Positions 49,183 to 60,293 of a stretch of 64,000 bases of DNA are shown in pieces. A model generated the notes under the pieces. It was not told the origin of the DNA and did not search any database. It saw only the letters and a list, made by a program, of their open reading frames with translations. Position 1 is the first letter of the stretch; every line of letters begins with the position of its first letter. The stretch is from Balanoglossus misakiensis (lineage: Eukaryota > Animalia > Hemichordata): contig CM082576.2 in NCBI GenBank assembly GCA_040954595.2, forward strand, positions 15,981,028 to 16,045,027, read 5' to 3'. Position numbers and translations under genes: made by a program.

Positions 49183-51877
49183 AACAGTTATATTTCAATG
49201 AATACCTAAGGTGAGCAAAAGGAAATAGTATTTCAGCTTCCCCATATAGTTGTAACTATAGACACCTTTCAGCATTAAAGGGGAAATCCGTCGTAGCTGA
49301 TTTCTACATAATTTGGTAGCTTTGATGTCACTCTTTCAGAAAAAAACATATTCGCCATGTATAGGTCGCGCGATTTTTTACAAAATCTAGGGAAAGTTGG
49401 CAGAATTTCCAATATGGCGTTTACTGTAATTCGAATCATGGGAAAAAAAGTGCCAGGACCAACTTCCGCCCACCTTCGAAATACGGCGGAATTATATATA
49501 ATAATCCTATGGCGATAAAGTAACCGCACATCGCGAAAAATGGCAAAATCCGAACGTGGATAGCGAAAACGGCCATGTGCTTCTGCCTATAAGACGCACA
49601 TTTTCAAAATTGCTTCGTCTCCACTTTAATGCAAAAAATAGACGTAGGACCCTTGTACTTTTAAAGTGAGAGTGATTTTAAAATGTCTTGTTCTTTTAGC
49701 ATGCTTATAAAGATCGGTTCGCCATTTGGTCAAATATGCGTCGATTTTTCCTGTTTTCACTTCTTTATTTTCGTTACATCGAGACAAAAAAATTGTGATA
49801 ATTTTACAGTAATTAACCACTTCTGTGTGACTTAAACAGCAAGTTTTCGTGAGTACTGCTGAGAGTACCCGAGGGGGTGTGTCACTGTGTACGTTGACGG
49901 TGGCGACGGTCACCTGACGTCAAAGGACAGCGTAGACAAAAGGTGTGCAGTCCGAAGTACAAAAGCAGTTCTGATGTCATGTCATGTTATGTCATGTGAT
50001 CCTGGGACTTATCCAATACTCCCCAATAGGTTATTGGCAAAAGACTAAGTTATGCAGTGTCACGACTGAGTTTTAGATCAAGAAGACGACGACGAAAACT
50101 CAGGAATTTCTTCTCAGCAGAATAATTGACAGGTAGGATACCACAACTGACGAAACTGCCGCTAAGTGTTTGCCATAAGATAGTATTCGCTTAGAAAATT
50201 TGTTGTAAAATTATCATATTTTGCTCAAGGCAAGTTTAGATTATTTTTCTTTCTTTAAAAACTCACTTGAATTATAAACGGCCGCCATTGTGTATTTGAA
50301 GTAACTTTTATAAAAAGATAGTGAACAGCCTGTTTTCAAAATAAAGACTATACTCGTAAACTTTAATATACAAACAATGGAAAGGTTTGGCGGACTATTA
50401 TTTTCCAAAAACTCTGTCCCAAGGCATTAGAAATTATGGACTTTTATTATGTGCTTGCTTGTGTCAAAATTGCTTCCTTAAAAAACATTTTCTGTGAAAT
50501 CTCCCCCTTCTTTAAATGTCACCAATTAGTATGTTGTCGGTGAGGAATTCAAACATCAGTACTATGATCCCATAATTAATTACAAAATATGTTCTAGTGA
50601 AAGGTTTAATGTCAAGAATATTTATACCCCTAGGGGAACTTCTGTCGGTAGCCTTTGTGTTGTATAAAAAGCAAGACATGATTTGTTTTTTATTGGTTAG
50701 TTGAGACTGAGTTTCCCGTTGTAAAGATCGTCAGGTGTAAAACATACAATTACTGAGTGTCACTCAGACAATTTACCAATCCCAACGTTTCCTAAAATAT
50801 ACTCTTTCAGATTACGAAAGCCATGGAATGGTATACTAGTACATGTATATTCGCCATTATGCTAGGTGCTGCGTGCATGTCCATCTCGTATTATTACCCA
50901 TACATGTATATCGAAACTGAGGATCCTGTGGAAGGCAATAAGAAAGGTATAATATACTTTCACACAGGTCACATTTAGAAGCTTGGTCAGAAAGTCAGAA
51001 TACTTAAACGCCAAACAAATTGGCCGTTGGCAAACAATAGGTGCCTCACTCAAGCTACTGGCCCAATAAAACCCCATACCCCATGCTGGGAATTTGTGAT
51101 GAAACTAACGTCCCCTTGAAGTCACTCAATAAGCTGAACAATGGTGATTGGGTGTAAGGTTATCAGTTCGTTATCAGTCTAAGATAAGACACCGTTTCTG
51201 CGCATAAATTCGCATGCAATGCAATGCTACTGCGCAAGTGCAGAACAGGTCATGTAGAAGGATTCGCTATAGCCTTCGCTGAACACTGCGTCTCACGTGA
51301 CTTGGCAAAAAGACGAGTCACGAAGATAGACGCAGATAAAGGCCAACCGCCATTTTGTAATGTGTTAGTTTTTTGACACTTTCCCGGAAGTGGGCTAATG
51401 CGCATACCAGCCAAATGCGCATGTCTGTTGTAAAACTTACGTACATTTGTGTCAGTAGTTGTATTGATTTTAGCTTCACTTCCATCATAAAATGTTGGTT
51501 TTTTAAAAATATGTATATTCGGGAAGAGTAAAAATGAATGTCAAGAAACGCGACAGATTGAATGTAGCCCGGAAGTTATAGAACGTTCATTTATTAGCCA
51601 ATCAGATTCGACAATTCTAAATATGGCGGTTTGTGTTTACCTGCCTCATTGGTGTTTGTCACCGAGGCAGGGTACCAGCCAAGTAGAAAGACAAAGGGAG
51701 TTCCTTGTACCATGTTCGGAAATTCCCATGTTCGTACACATCAAAAATAGCGTCAAGGACACTGTGGTCCCATTTGAGGATTATGCAGAAATAGGGATAC
51801 ACCAGAATAAAAATTACATGTGACATTCCAAGCAGATACGATTTAACCATATAGAAATATCGAATGTAAAAAAAATT

Positions 51878-52082
51878 AACAAGGAACATGCCCATTAAAC
51901 TGTCATGTGTCATGGCAGTCTTACAAGTGGTGCGAGAAAAATTAATTTTTGACCAAAAATTGTCTGTACAAACACATATGACAAGCAACTTCTTTCAGTC
52001 AGCCCTGACAGACACACACACACACAGACAAAGACGCTCACTGACCTGCCACTAGTAATTAAAAATTTAATAGCTAGTGGTC
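51878..52082 (+). mobile_element. Short HINE-like remnant
   Basis: Starts AACAAG. Has a (CA)n/CAGA tract at 52008-52030 and a terminal inverted pair CCACTAG...CTAGTGG. Confidence 0.4.
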
Positions 52083-52162
52083 TCTGTAACAGCTGGCCTA
52101 TTAAAGTTATGTAAACATGTCCAAGTTGGGGGTAACAACTCCTTGTAAACAGTAACTTTCAA

Positions 52163-53244
52163 AACAAGGAGAAGATTTGCTAACCAAAAACAAAGAAACT
52201 TACAAAAAAACTTGCTAAATATTGAATATTTCTGCTATCAGAATTGAATTAAAGTTGCACATGTATGTGTTATGTAATTGTATCCTAAATTTCAAAGCAA
52301 TCAGAGAAAAAAAATTAAAAGAAGTTTTAAAGAAAATATTTGTTCAAAAGTGGCAAAAATACAAATATCCAAATATCACCAAAATTGTACAATATCTTAC
52401 TTCAATCACTATAAGGAACATGCCTGCCAAAGTTCAATGCAATGTGACACGCGGTTTCAGAGGAAACAATATTTGACAAAAATTGGGGAAAAAAATCCCC
52501 AATAACACATTTATGCAAATATCAGAATTTTTTTAGCAACATCTTACTTGGGTTCCCCCTAGGAACATTCCTACCGAATTGCAAAGCAATCTGGCATGCG
52601 GTTTTAGAGAGAAAAAAATTGACCAAAAATGGCAAAAATCGCTCAAAATTTTAAATATGCAAATGTTGCAACAATTTGAACAAAACTATGGGTACTCAGA
52701 CAACCTATAGGAAGCTTCGTACTAAATTTCAAAGAAGTAGGCCTATCACTTTCAGAAATGAAGATTTTTTACCTAAAATATGGAAAAATACAAAAAAATG
52801 CATAAAAAATAGAAAATCGATAATATTAGCTCAAAACATACAGGACTGTTTGAGGTAGACATAAGATACATGCAAGCCAATTTTCAAATCAATATGACTA
52901 GTGGTTGTTAAGTTTCTGAGTTTTGACCAAATTTAGGTTTTTCCCAGCTAATTTGCACATTTTTGGCAATGACAACTTCGTTTGAACAAACTCCCATATA
53001 CAGCCCAGCATGCACCTACACACCAAATATGGGGGTTATACGCGCAGCGGTTTTCAAGTTTTTGATGTGGACGAACATCCATCCATGCATGCATGCATGC
53101 ATGCATACATACATACATACATACATACATACATACATACATACATACATACATACATACATACATACATACAGACAGACAGACAGACAGACAGACGCAA
53201 CCGATCCCATATGGTCCCATGGTACATACCAATGGGACCCAAAA
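52163..53244 (+). mobile_element. Helentron-associated (HINE/pearl-like) non-autonomous element
   Basis: Degenerate internal repeats (AAATTTCAAAGCAATC..GGTTTCAGAG..TTTGACCAAAAATGG), then a (CATG)n(CATA)n(CAGA)n microsatellite at 53084-53196 and a 3' hairpin GGTCCCATGGTA..TACCAATGGGACC followed by an A-run. Confidence 0.7.
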
Positions 53245-55906
53245 ACTCATTCTCGCCCCACCAGACTACGGATTTCTTTCGTTTCACTATCGAAATCACG
53301 TACTCTGGATAAAATGGAGTACCGCGCTGGTATTTGAACATATTGGTAATGCATATTCATGAGATGACATCATTATAATCTGGCCAATCAAACTGCACGT
53401 TCTTCGCTCTCACTCAGACTCAGAGCACTGCCACTGGAAGCCGCCATATGTTGTTTAGAATGAGATGTAATGAGATGCGTGAATGGGATGTAACAAGCAA
53501 TCTGATTGGTTGTTGGATGTACTATGAAAGCGCCTAGACCAAATACTGAATACATGGCCGTATTATACCACGGCCTTTTTGCGGGGAACAGAGCGCTGCC
53601 GTAAAAGGGCCGTGGTTTGCGACGATGCAAAAACTGGCCACGCTCCTCATCATTGTGTCGATTGTTTCTGTTCTCGGTCTGTCGGACTGGATCGACCATC
53701 AACTGTATTATTTCTATTGATCAGTTTGACCTCCCAAATTTAGTTTACGTGTTGGACATTAGCAAAAACTAATGTTTTAGCAAAAATCAGCATTAGCAAA
53801 AACGTATAGTTTTTAATTTTATGTCACTTGGCGCGTGCTTGTGTTGACCGTTGAACAGACCAAGCAATCAAACCATTTCCGTATTTCGATAGCATTCTAA
53901 CTCGTGTTAAAAGTCATTCGCATTATATGTATGGAGTGTCTATTGACAGGCGCCTGTCAATAGCCAGTGCGTAGGGGCCGGCTATTGACAGGCGGGGACT
54001 TTATTCTCAAATTATTGCCGATTTTTGAAAACCAAAGCACATTTCACATAGGCCATTAAATGATTCGTCTTTTCTTCCCCGAAAATGAGATGAAACGAAG
54101 TGCAAAATTCCTAAAGTCAAAGCGTATGTCATAGTTCTTCTATCCGTTCTAAGCGTGTACGCCTAGTGCTTCCGATTCTAAGCTAATCTCCTGACTCACA
54201 GGGATTCCCTCCATTTTACTGCCGACTTTTGTAAAGCAATGCACATTTCACATTTTCCAAGTGCATATTTCTGAAATATATCTGAGCAACCTCGCTAGCT
54301 ACATACGATTGCTTTACCGTTTATGTAGTACATTAGAGAGGTTTAGTTACACGTAATTACGTCCAATGACTACGCGAACGTCACTGTCACGTGATAAGTA
54401 GGCGTTGCTTACGTCTGACGCAGACGTTCAAAACGGCAGGAGACTACTCTACGCGTAGACGTTAATACGGGTAAGATTTTTTTCTGGTTAGTTGGATTTT
54501 TGTAATAATTTTAGGAAATTTTTGAGCCAGTTTTGTCAGTAAGTGTCAAATTTAATCAAAACATGAATTTTTCCACCAAAATATTTCAGAAATAATGGAA
54601 AATCAGCCTTCAACTAGTTCGTGCGACAGCCAGGGTGTACCCGCTGCGGCCGCTGGCGCTTCCGGGGCCGGCGAAACAACAACAAATGCCGGTAATTTTC
54701 GCACACAAAAAAATCATCCGATTCTCGGCATACCATGATGTTAAGTTGCTTAGGGAAGTTATGTCGCAAAACCCCTTCGCAGTCCAAACTAGAGATCAGG
54801 AAGAGCCTGGGGGCGTGTGGCTGAAGCCTTGGTTTAGGTGGACGACACTTTCCTTGTCGACAATCGCCGGTGCAGAGAACGAACCATGCTGCTGCTTGAA
54901 TACTATAAAAAGAAAGACCTTGGGAGTTTACGGCGGTGAGAATTTTATTTTTGCAAATAATTTATGTAAAATATAACCCATGCCATTACAGGTATCACAA
55001 TTTACAGTCCCAAATGGTGCACTCTAATTTATATGCTTCACCATTTTCCAATGTATTCACTAAAAATGTAGTTTTATATTTTTTAATCACAACATGACTA
55101 AAACCTCTGTTGTTTTCACATTTGTACAATTTTCAAAAAATGTCTTCTCAAGTTAGTTTAGGGTTGTTTATAAAGATGCTAAGTTAGTTTATTTTATAAC
55201 TTGTAAAAATGCATATGTATGTAGGAGTGCAGGGTCATGCATAGGGATTACAAAGCAATATCATGCATTATGTTTGGTCAAACCATATTTTTAAACAAGA
55301 GTCAAAGTCTGCATGTGATAATAATTTCTTTCTCCTTATTTGTTTTCAATAGTTTAACATTTACAAAAAACTTATTAAAAATGAATGAGCCAAAGTCTAC
55401 ACAATGAGAAAAAAAATTGCAAAAACAAATACAAGATTGTAGAATTTGTAATTATTTTAAGATATTTTAATTCAATTGCAGTTCTGGGACAGCAGAAGAA
55501 TACAAAGAAAAAGAACAGCTATTACAAGAAATAAAAGAACTTGAAGAAGACAAATCTGTCTGCCATCAGGTGTTCCAAACACCAAGAAACACAGAAAAAG
55601 ATAAAGAAAAGGCAAAAGAAATAAGAAAACGAGCTATGGAAACATTGAGAGCAAGTGGTGAGTTTTATTTGGGAGGGCAAGGGTCAGTTCATTTTATTTC
55701 ATGTGTGTGATATATGTTGAGGTATAAGGTCACAACTATAGACCAATTAATTTACAAGGTTTGCATTTTCGAGGAAACAATGGGATTGAGAATGTTTAAA
55801 GTGCTCATTTGCTGTAGGCATTTCATTTCTATATATATATGAATATAACTGAGTAGAAAAGTTTCATGAAACATTGTATATCATTCATATAATATTTCAG
55901 GAACTG

Positions 55907-57508
55907 TTAAACCACACAAAACTCAATCAGACTTTGGTGTCAGGGAGGCTTTATTACACTACAGCATCTTGGCACTAACTATAAAACTACATCTACTGCC
56001 CCCATACTAAATGTATACAAAAGGCAAAAGACAGGCAGAAATACAAACAAGTCATGAAAGATGACGTATTACAAAGTCAAGCAACTACTGTACAAGGCAG
56101 AGGGATGGGAGGGTGGGTGAAAAGCAAATCGCTATGGCAATGTGAAAGCAGCGTGTGTACGAGCAGTGCCGCCTGTAAAAGTACTGAGCCAAGACGCGGA
56201 CAGTGGCCTTCCCTGATTGGCTGAAAGTTGGTCATGTGAGGGTCTCGGAGCTTGCGTGATTTAAACACCGCTCAAAGAGCTAGTACTTAAACCACACAAA
56301 ACTCAATCAGACTTTGGTGTCAGGGAGGCTTTATTACACTACAGCATCTTGGCACTAACTATAAAACTACATCTACTGCCCCCATACTAAATGTATACAA
56401 AAGGCAAAAGACAGGCAGAAATACAAACAAGTCATGAAAGATGACGTATTACAAAGTCAAGCAACTACGGTACAAGGCAGAGGGATGGGAGGGTGGGTGA
56501 AAAGCAAATCGCTATGGCAATGTGAAAGCAGCGTGTGTACGAGCAGTGCCGCCTGTAAAAGTACTGAGCCAAGACGCGGACAGTGGCCTTCCCTGATTGG
56601 CTGAAAGTTGGTCATGTGAGGGTCTCGGAGCTTGCGTGATTTAAACACCGCTCAAAGAGCTAGTACTTAAACCACACAAAACTCAATCAGACTTTGGTGT
56701 CAGGGAGGCTTTATTACACTACAGCATCTTGGCACTAACTATAAAACTACATCTACTGCCCCAAACTCCAAAAGGATTTACTAGAGAGTCCAGGTTGAAG
56801 CTTGCGGGAGGCGTTTCTTCGCTTTTCAATGTAGATACGGGAGGAGCACTGTGGTCAGAAGAGGTCACGTCTTTACGACAGTCCGCGCCACTGGAGACAC
56901 TTGACACATTCCCTGCAACAGTCGGGGCCGCCATCTTGGAAGTCATGGTTTTGGCGGGACTGGCTTGACCCTGGCCGGGTCCCATCAGCGCGATTATTGC
57001 CGCTTCTAACTGTCTGAGCTGACCCAATGGACTGATTTTCATGCTAACCATGTCTTCAGGCTTGATCAGTTTGACAGCATCCAATGAAACGAAGCCGTGC
57101 ATACCAAGAACCGACAGTGTGTCCAAAGAAATACCGTATTTTTCTGCCCACAGTTGCATCTCCAAACATGGTGTCATGGACGATAACAGGCTTGCTGTGT
57201 CGACGGTATGGTCTACATGACCAGTCGCAGCCGAGTCGACGCTGAGCTTATCCATCACTACCACTACGTCTGTCGGTGACAGATAGTTAAACCGAAACGT
57301 AACTCAAAGCCGACTTAACAGCATACGCTCGATATTGCTTGAAAAGCAAATCGCTATGACAATGTGAAAGCAGCGTGTGTACGAGCAGTGCCGCCTGTAA
57401 AAGTACTGAGCCAAGACGCGGACAGTGGCCTTCCCTGATTGGCTGAAAGTTGGTCATGTGAGGGTCTCGGAGCTTGCGTGATTTAAACACCGCTCAAAGA
57501 GCTAGTAC
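55907..57508 (-). mobile_element. Internally deleted Ngaro/DIRS-like (tyrosine-recombinase retrotransposon) derivative with split direct repeats
   Basis: Minus-strand order: A (57508-57340), gag-like ORF (57264-56719), partial B (56762-56667), A, B, A, B. The A+B period is 380 bp. No TSD. Confidence 0.75.
56719..57264 (-). CDS. Truncated gag-like ORF1 of the Ngaro-like element with a SAM-like N-terminal domain
   Basis: 181-aa ORF containing LWAEKYGISLDTLSVLGMHGFVSLDAVKLIKPEDMVSMKISPLGQLRQLEAAIIAL. It runs into repeat B at the deletion junction. Confidence 0.55.
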   Translation of the reverse strand: MVVMDKLSVDSAATGHVDHTVDTASLLSSMTPCLEMQLWAEKYGISLDTLSVLGMHGFVSLDAVKLIKPEDMVSMKISPLGQLRQLEAAIIALMGPGQGQASPAKTMTSKMAAPTVAGNVSSVSSGADCRKDVTSSDHSAPPVSTLKSEETPPASFNLDSLVNPFGVWGSRCSFIVSAKML

Positions 57509-58207
57509 AAAACAACAACAACAATAACAACGGTGGTGGGGGTGATGAAGCAACGCCATCTCAGAAACCAAAACGTGCTCGACTCTCCTCAACTGCAGCA
57601 TCACAGAATGTCCTTTCATATTTGAAAGAGAAACATGAAAGTGAGTTGAGGAGAGAAGAAATTGCCCTCAAGAAAGAGGAGTTAGTGTTAGAAAAACAAC
57701 GCCTGGACCTGGACAGACAAAGACTTGAAATGGAGAAGAAAGAGCGAGAAGAAAGGTACAAATTAGAGAGCCAGGAGAGAAACACCATTCTAGATATTTT
57801 AAGAAAAAAATTACTTTAGGTTGTGTTTTCTGTTGTGTTGACACAGTGTTTATTGACAGTTTGTTTAAAATAAAATAATTCTGCATGTATTTATATTTAT
57901 TTTAAAATTTCTATTCAAGGTTGAGATGCCCCTTTTATGACATTTGTTTTTGATTGATTCAGCTATATACTTAACTCAAACAATTAAAATTTCATTGTTA
58001 TAAATGTATATGTGTGCATTTGTAGTTATTTAATCACAGCATTTAAAACTTATATGTTTTATTTTTGAACAAATAATTTATTTACATATTTTGTTACAGT
58101 GGTACAAATTCACATATTTAATTCATGGTGTGCGAAGAAATACAGTTGTACAGTAAATTTTTATTCTAATAAGCCAATTAGAAATTTGTCAAACAACAGC
58201 AGTGCAA

Positions 58208-59075
58208 TCAACCACTCAGATACTCTTCAAGAGTTGGCGGTTCTACATCAAAATATGTAGCGATCTGATTTCCATACAAACAAGTATGACAATTGGTGAG
58301 CAATGCACCCACAAGGTAATATTCTTAAGATTCTTCTTGAAATCAAGGAAAGCGAAGCAGCAAATGATTTTCCCAAATCCCCATTCAACACTCTCGCTCA
58401 CTGAATTCATTTTTTATTGAACATATGCTCCTGAGGGGACAGTCTTGCGCCACTAAATGGCTTAAGTAAATGTGGACGCATAGGATAGGCAGGGTCACCA
58501 TACACACAAAAGGGTTCCCCGGTTTGTGTATTAAGACGTTGTAGTTGTGGTAACAGACCACTCTCAGCTAACATGGCTGCATCATGACGCCGACCTTCAA
58601 CAGGACCATACATATGGACAATAATCCCATTTGGAGCAACAACAGATTGAAACTTCAATGCATGTGTCCTCTTATGTCCACTGAACACACAAGTCTCTGA
58701 CCTTGGATTGGTCTGGATATAGGTCTTATAATACCATCAATAAAACCCCAGCAATTTGTCAAAGGAGCACCACACTGATTAATTGCATTACAAAATGCTT
58801 GAAGTTGCTCTGTTACAAACCAGCTTTTATCAAGTATTTGAAGAAGATAACTAAAATTAGTGTAGACATGGTTGAGAACATAATTGAAAATGATGCTTAG
58901 TTCACTTTTCGATCGTCCAAAGTCAGGAGAACGATCTTCCAATCTGTTTGGATAAGCTAGTCTTCGCAGCAGCAGACACAGCCCTTCCATTCCACTTGCT
59001 ACAGTTTTGTTTGGTCCAACAACCCTTTCAGGAATTTGCAGAGCAGTTTTCAAACGAAATAGATCATCTTTTGTT
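58208..59075 (-). pseudogene. Harbinger (HARBI1-like, DDE_Tnp_4) transposase pseudogene
   Basis: EGLCLLLRRLAYPNRL..FGRSKSELS..CWGFIDG..RP / FSGHKRTHALKFQSVVAPNG..GPVEGRRHDA..VYGDPAYP / SVEWGFGKI..FLDFKKNLK..TNCHTCLYGNQ..PPTLEEYLSG*. At least two frameshifts, and the N-terminus is missing. Confidence 0.92.
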
Positions 59076-60108
59076 TGCAACTGCTGACTAAACCGCAGAG
59101 CGCACACGTAATCACGCATACGCGAACGCCACTGCCTGCCGTCAGACGTACGCGTATTTACGTGTAACTAAACCTCTCTATTTACTACGGCCGCTGCACA
59201 CTGAGTTGACTTGACACAATCGCCGTGACGCTGACCTCAACAGTGCGGACATCGACACACTGTAAAATAGTTTAAGTTTGAACTGAGATTGTTTTCATGA
59301 TGAACGAATTCATTGCTTATTGTGCAATGGTACGGGGAAAAACGTTACAACTTAAACCGTGGCGTGACAACTTAGTCTCTAAATGCATACCCCAGTGCAA
59401 GACTGGTAACGACAGCCGCCTGTCAATAGCCGGCCCTACACGCACTGGCTATTGACAGGCCTCTGTCAATAGCCTGGGCCATATATGTATTACCAGATAA
59501 ACGATTTCGTCAATTTGAGACACATTTTAGCGTATAGTTCGTTGTTCCTTCGCTTTTGCTAAAGTTAAAGTTGGTCGTGTGTTTGTCTCATCAGCCAGAT
59601 AGGAGTGTGATTGATATGGTACCCTATGAACGTAACGTCAAATAAGCTGAACTACACATACGAGGTTCATTACTGACATGCATGTCACGATCAACAAGAC
59701 TAAGGAATTTTTAAAAGTTTTACCCATTTTTCCTCAATGACCAGTTACCACGTGTCATACATCAATGGAAAGATTACTTTCTTGTTCGTCAGAAAATTGA
59801 AAAAAAAACGCTTATTGAACGAGTACAATTATACAAAAGAAGCACCAAGAAAAAGTGGTATTACTTGTTGGTCAGGCAGCAAAATATGCTGACATCAGCG
59901 TCCACAACAACCAAAAATTCGATCGATCGTAGCTGGCAAAGTTTTGAATTTACCTCGCTCAAACTCATCCATTGTGTCCACTGACCTCTCTAGATGATGT
60001 TACATCCGAAAATAGTCGAATGAACGGCATATGGGCTTTAAATGAGGACCGAAAACAGCCGAACATAACTCTGCGTACAATACTTCCGCATTAGCTAATT
60101 AATATTAT

Positions 60109-60293
60109 AGGTATACAGTCACCTCCAGTTTGCATACGCCCATATATGGCTGAAATGGCGTATTTGAGCATTCTAAAGAACATTATGGTGGCGCTCTTTT
60201 TTCGCGTGTGCCACCCACTGAAAATCTGTGATTGGCTAGATCTCAATTTGCCATGGTAACTATAGCTAATTTTCCTTAGGTGACCGTATACCT
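60109..60293. mobile_element. ~185-bp MITE, Kolobok-like (copy 2)
   Basis: TIRs AGGTATACAGTCACCT / AGGTGACCGTATACCT, flanked by TTAT and TTAA. Homologous to 939-1123. Confidence 0.78.

Larger units (their letters stand above)
54595..57819 (+). pseudogene. Harbinger Myb/SANT-like DNA-binding protein gene (3 exons; frameshifted and interrupted)
   Basis: Exon 1: RFSAYHDVKLLREVMSQNPF / AWGRVAEALV*VDDTFLVDNRRCRERTMLLLEYYKK. Exon 2 (~55482-55638): SGTAEEYKEKEQLLQEIKELEE..KEIRKRAMETL. Exon 3 is split by the 55907-57508 insert and ends in a coiled coil ..ERNTILDILRKKLL*. Confidence 0.85.
54335..59179. mobile_element. PIF/Harbinger transposon (defective) with convergent Myb/SANT-like and transposase genes
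   Basis: TIRs AGAGAGGTTTAGTTACACGTAA / TTACGTGTAACTAAACCTCTCT. 3-bp TSD ATT at 54332-54334 and 59180-59182. Confidence 0.92.
53932..59481. mobile_element. Non-autonomous TIR element (superfamily unassigned) hosting the Harbinger insertion
   Basis: ~65-bp imperfect TIRs built from CTATTGACAG/CTGTCAATAG motifs at 53932-53995 and 59415-59481. Flanked on both sides by TATATGTA. Confidence 0.7.

Noticed and set aside
49275-51120. Polypurine tract and 3' LTR of the Gypsy element
   Set aside because: TTAAAGGGGAAATCC is not followed by a TG...CA LTR, and no matching 5' LTR exists. It may be a Kolobok-like left end, but I found no convincing right end.
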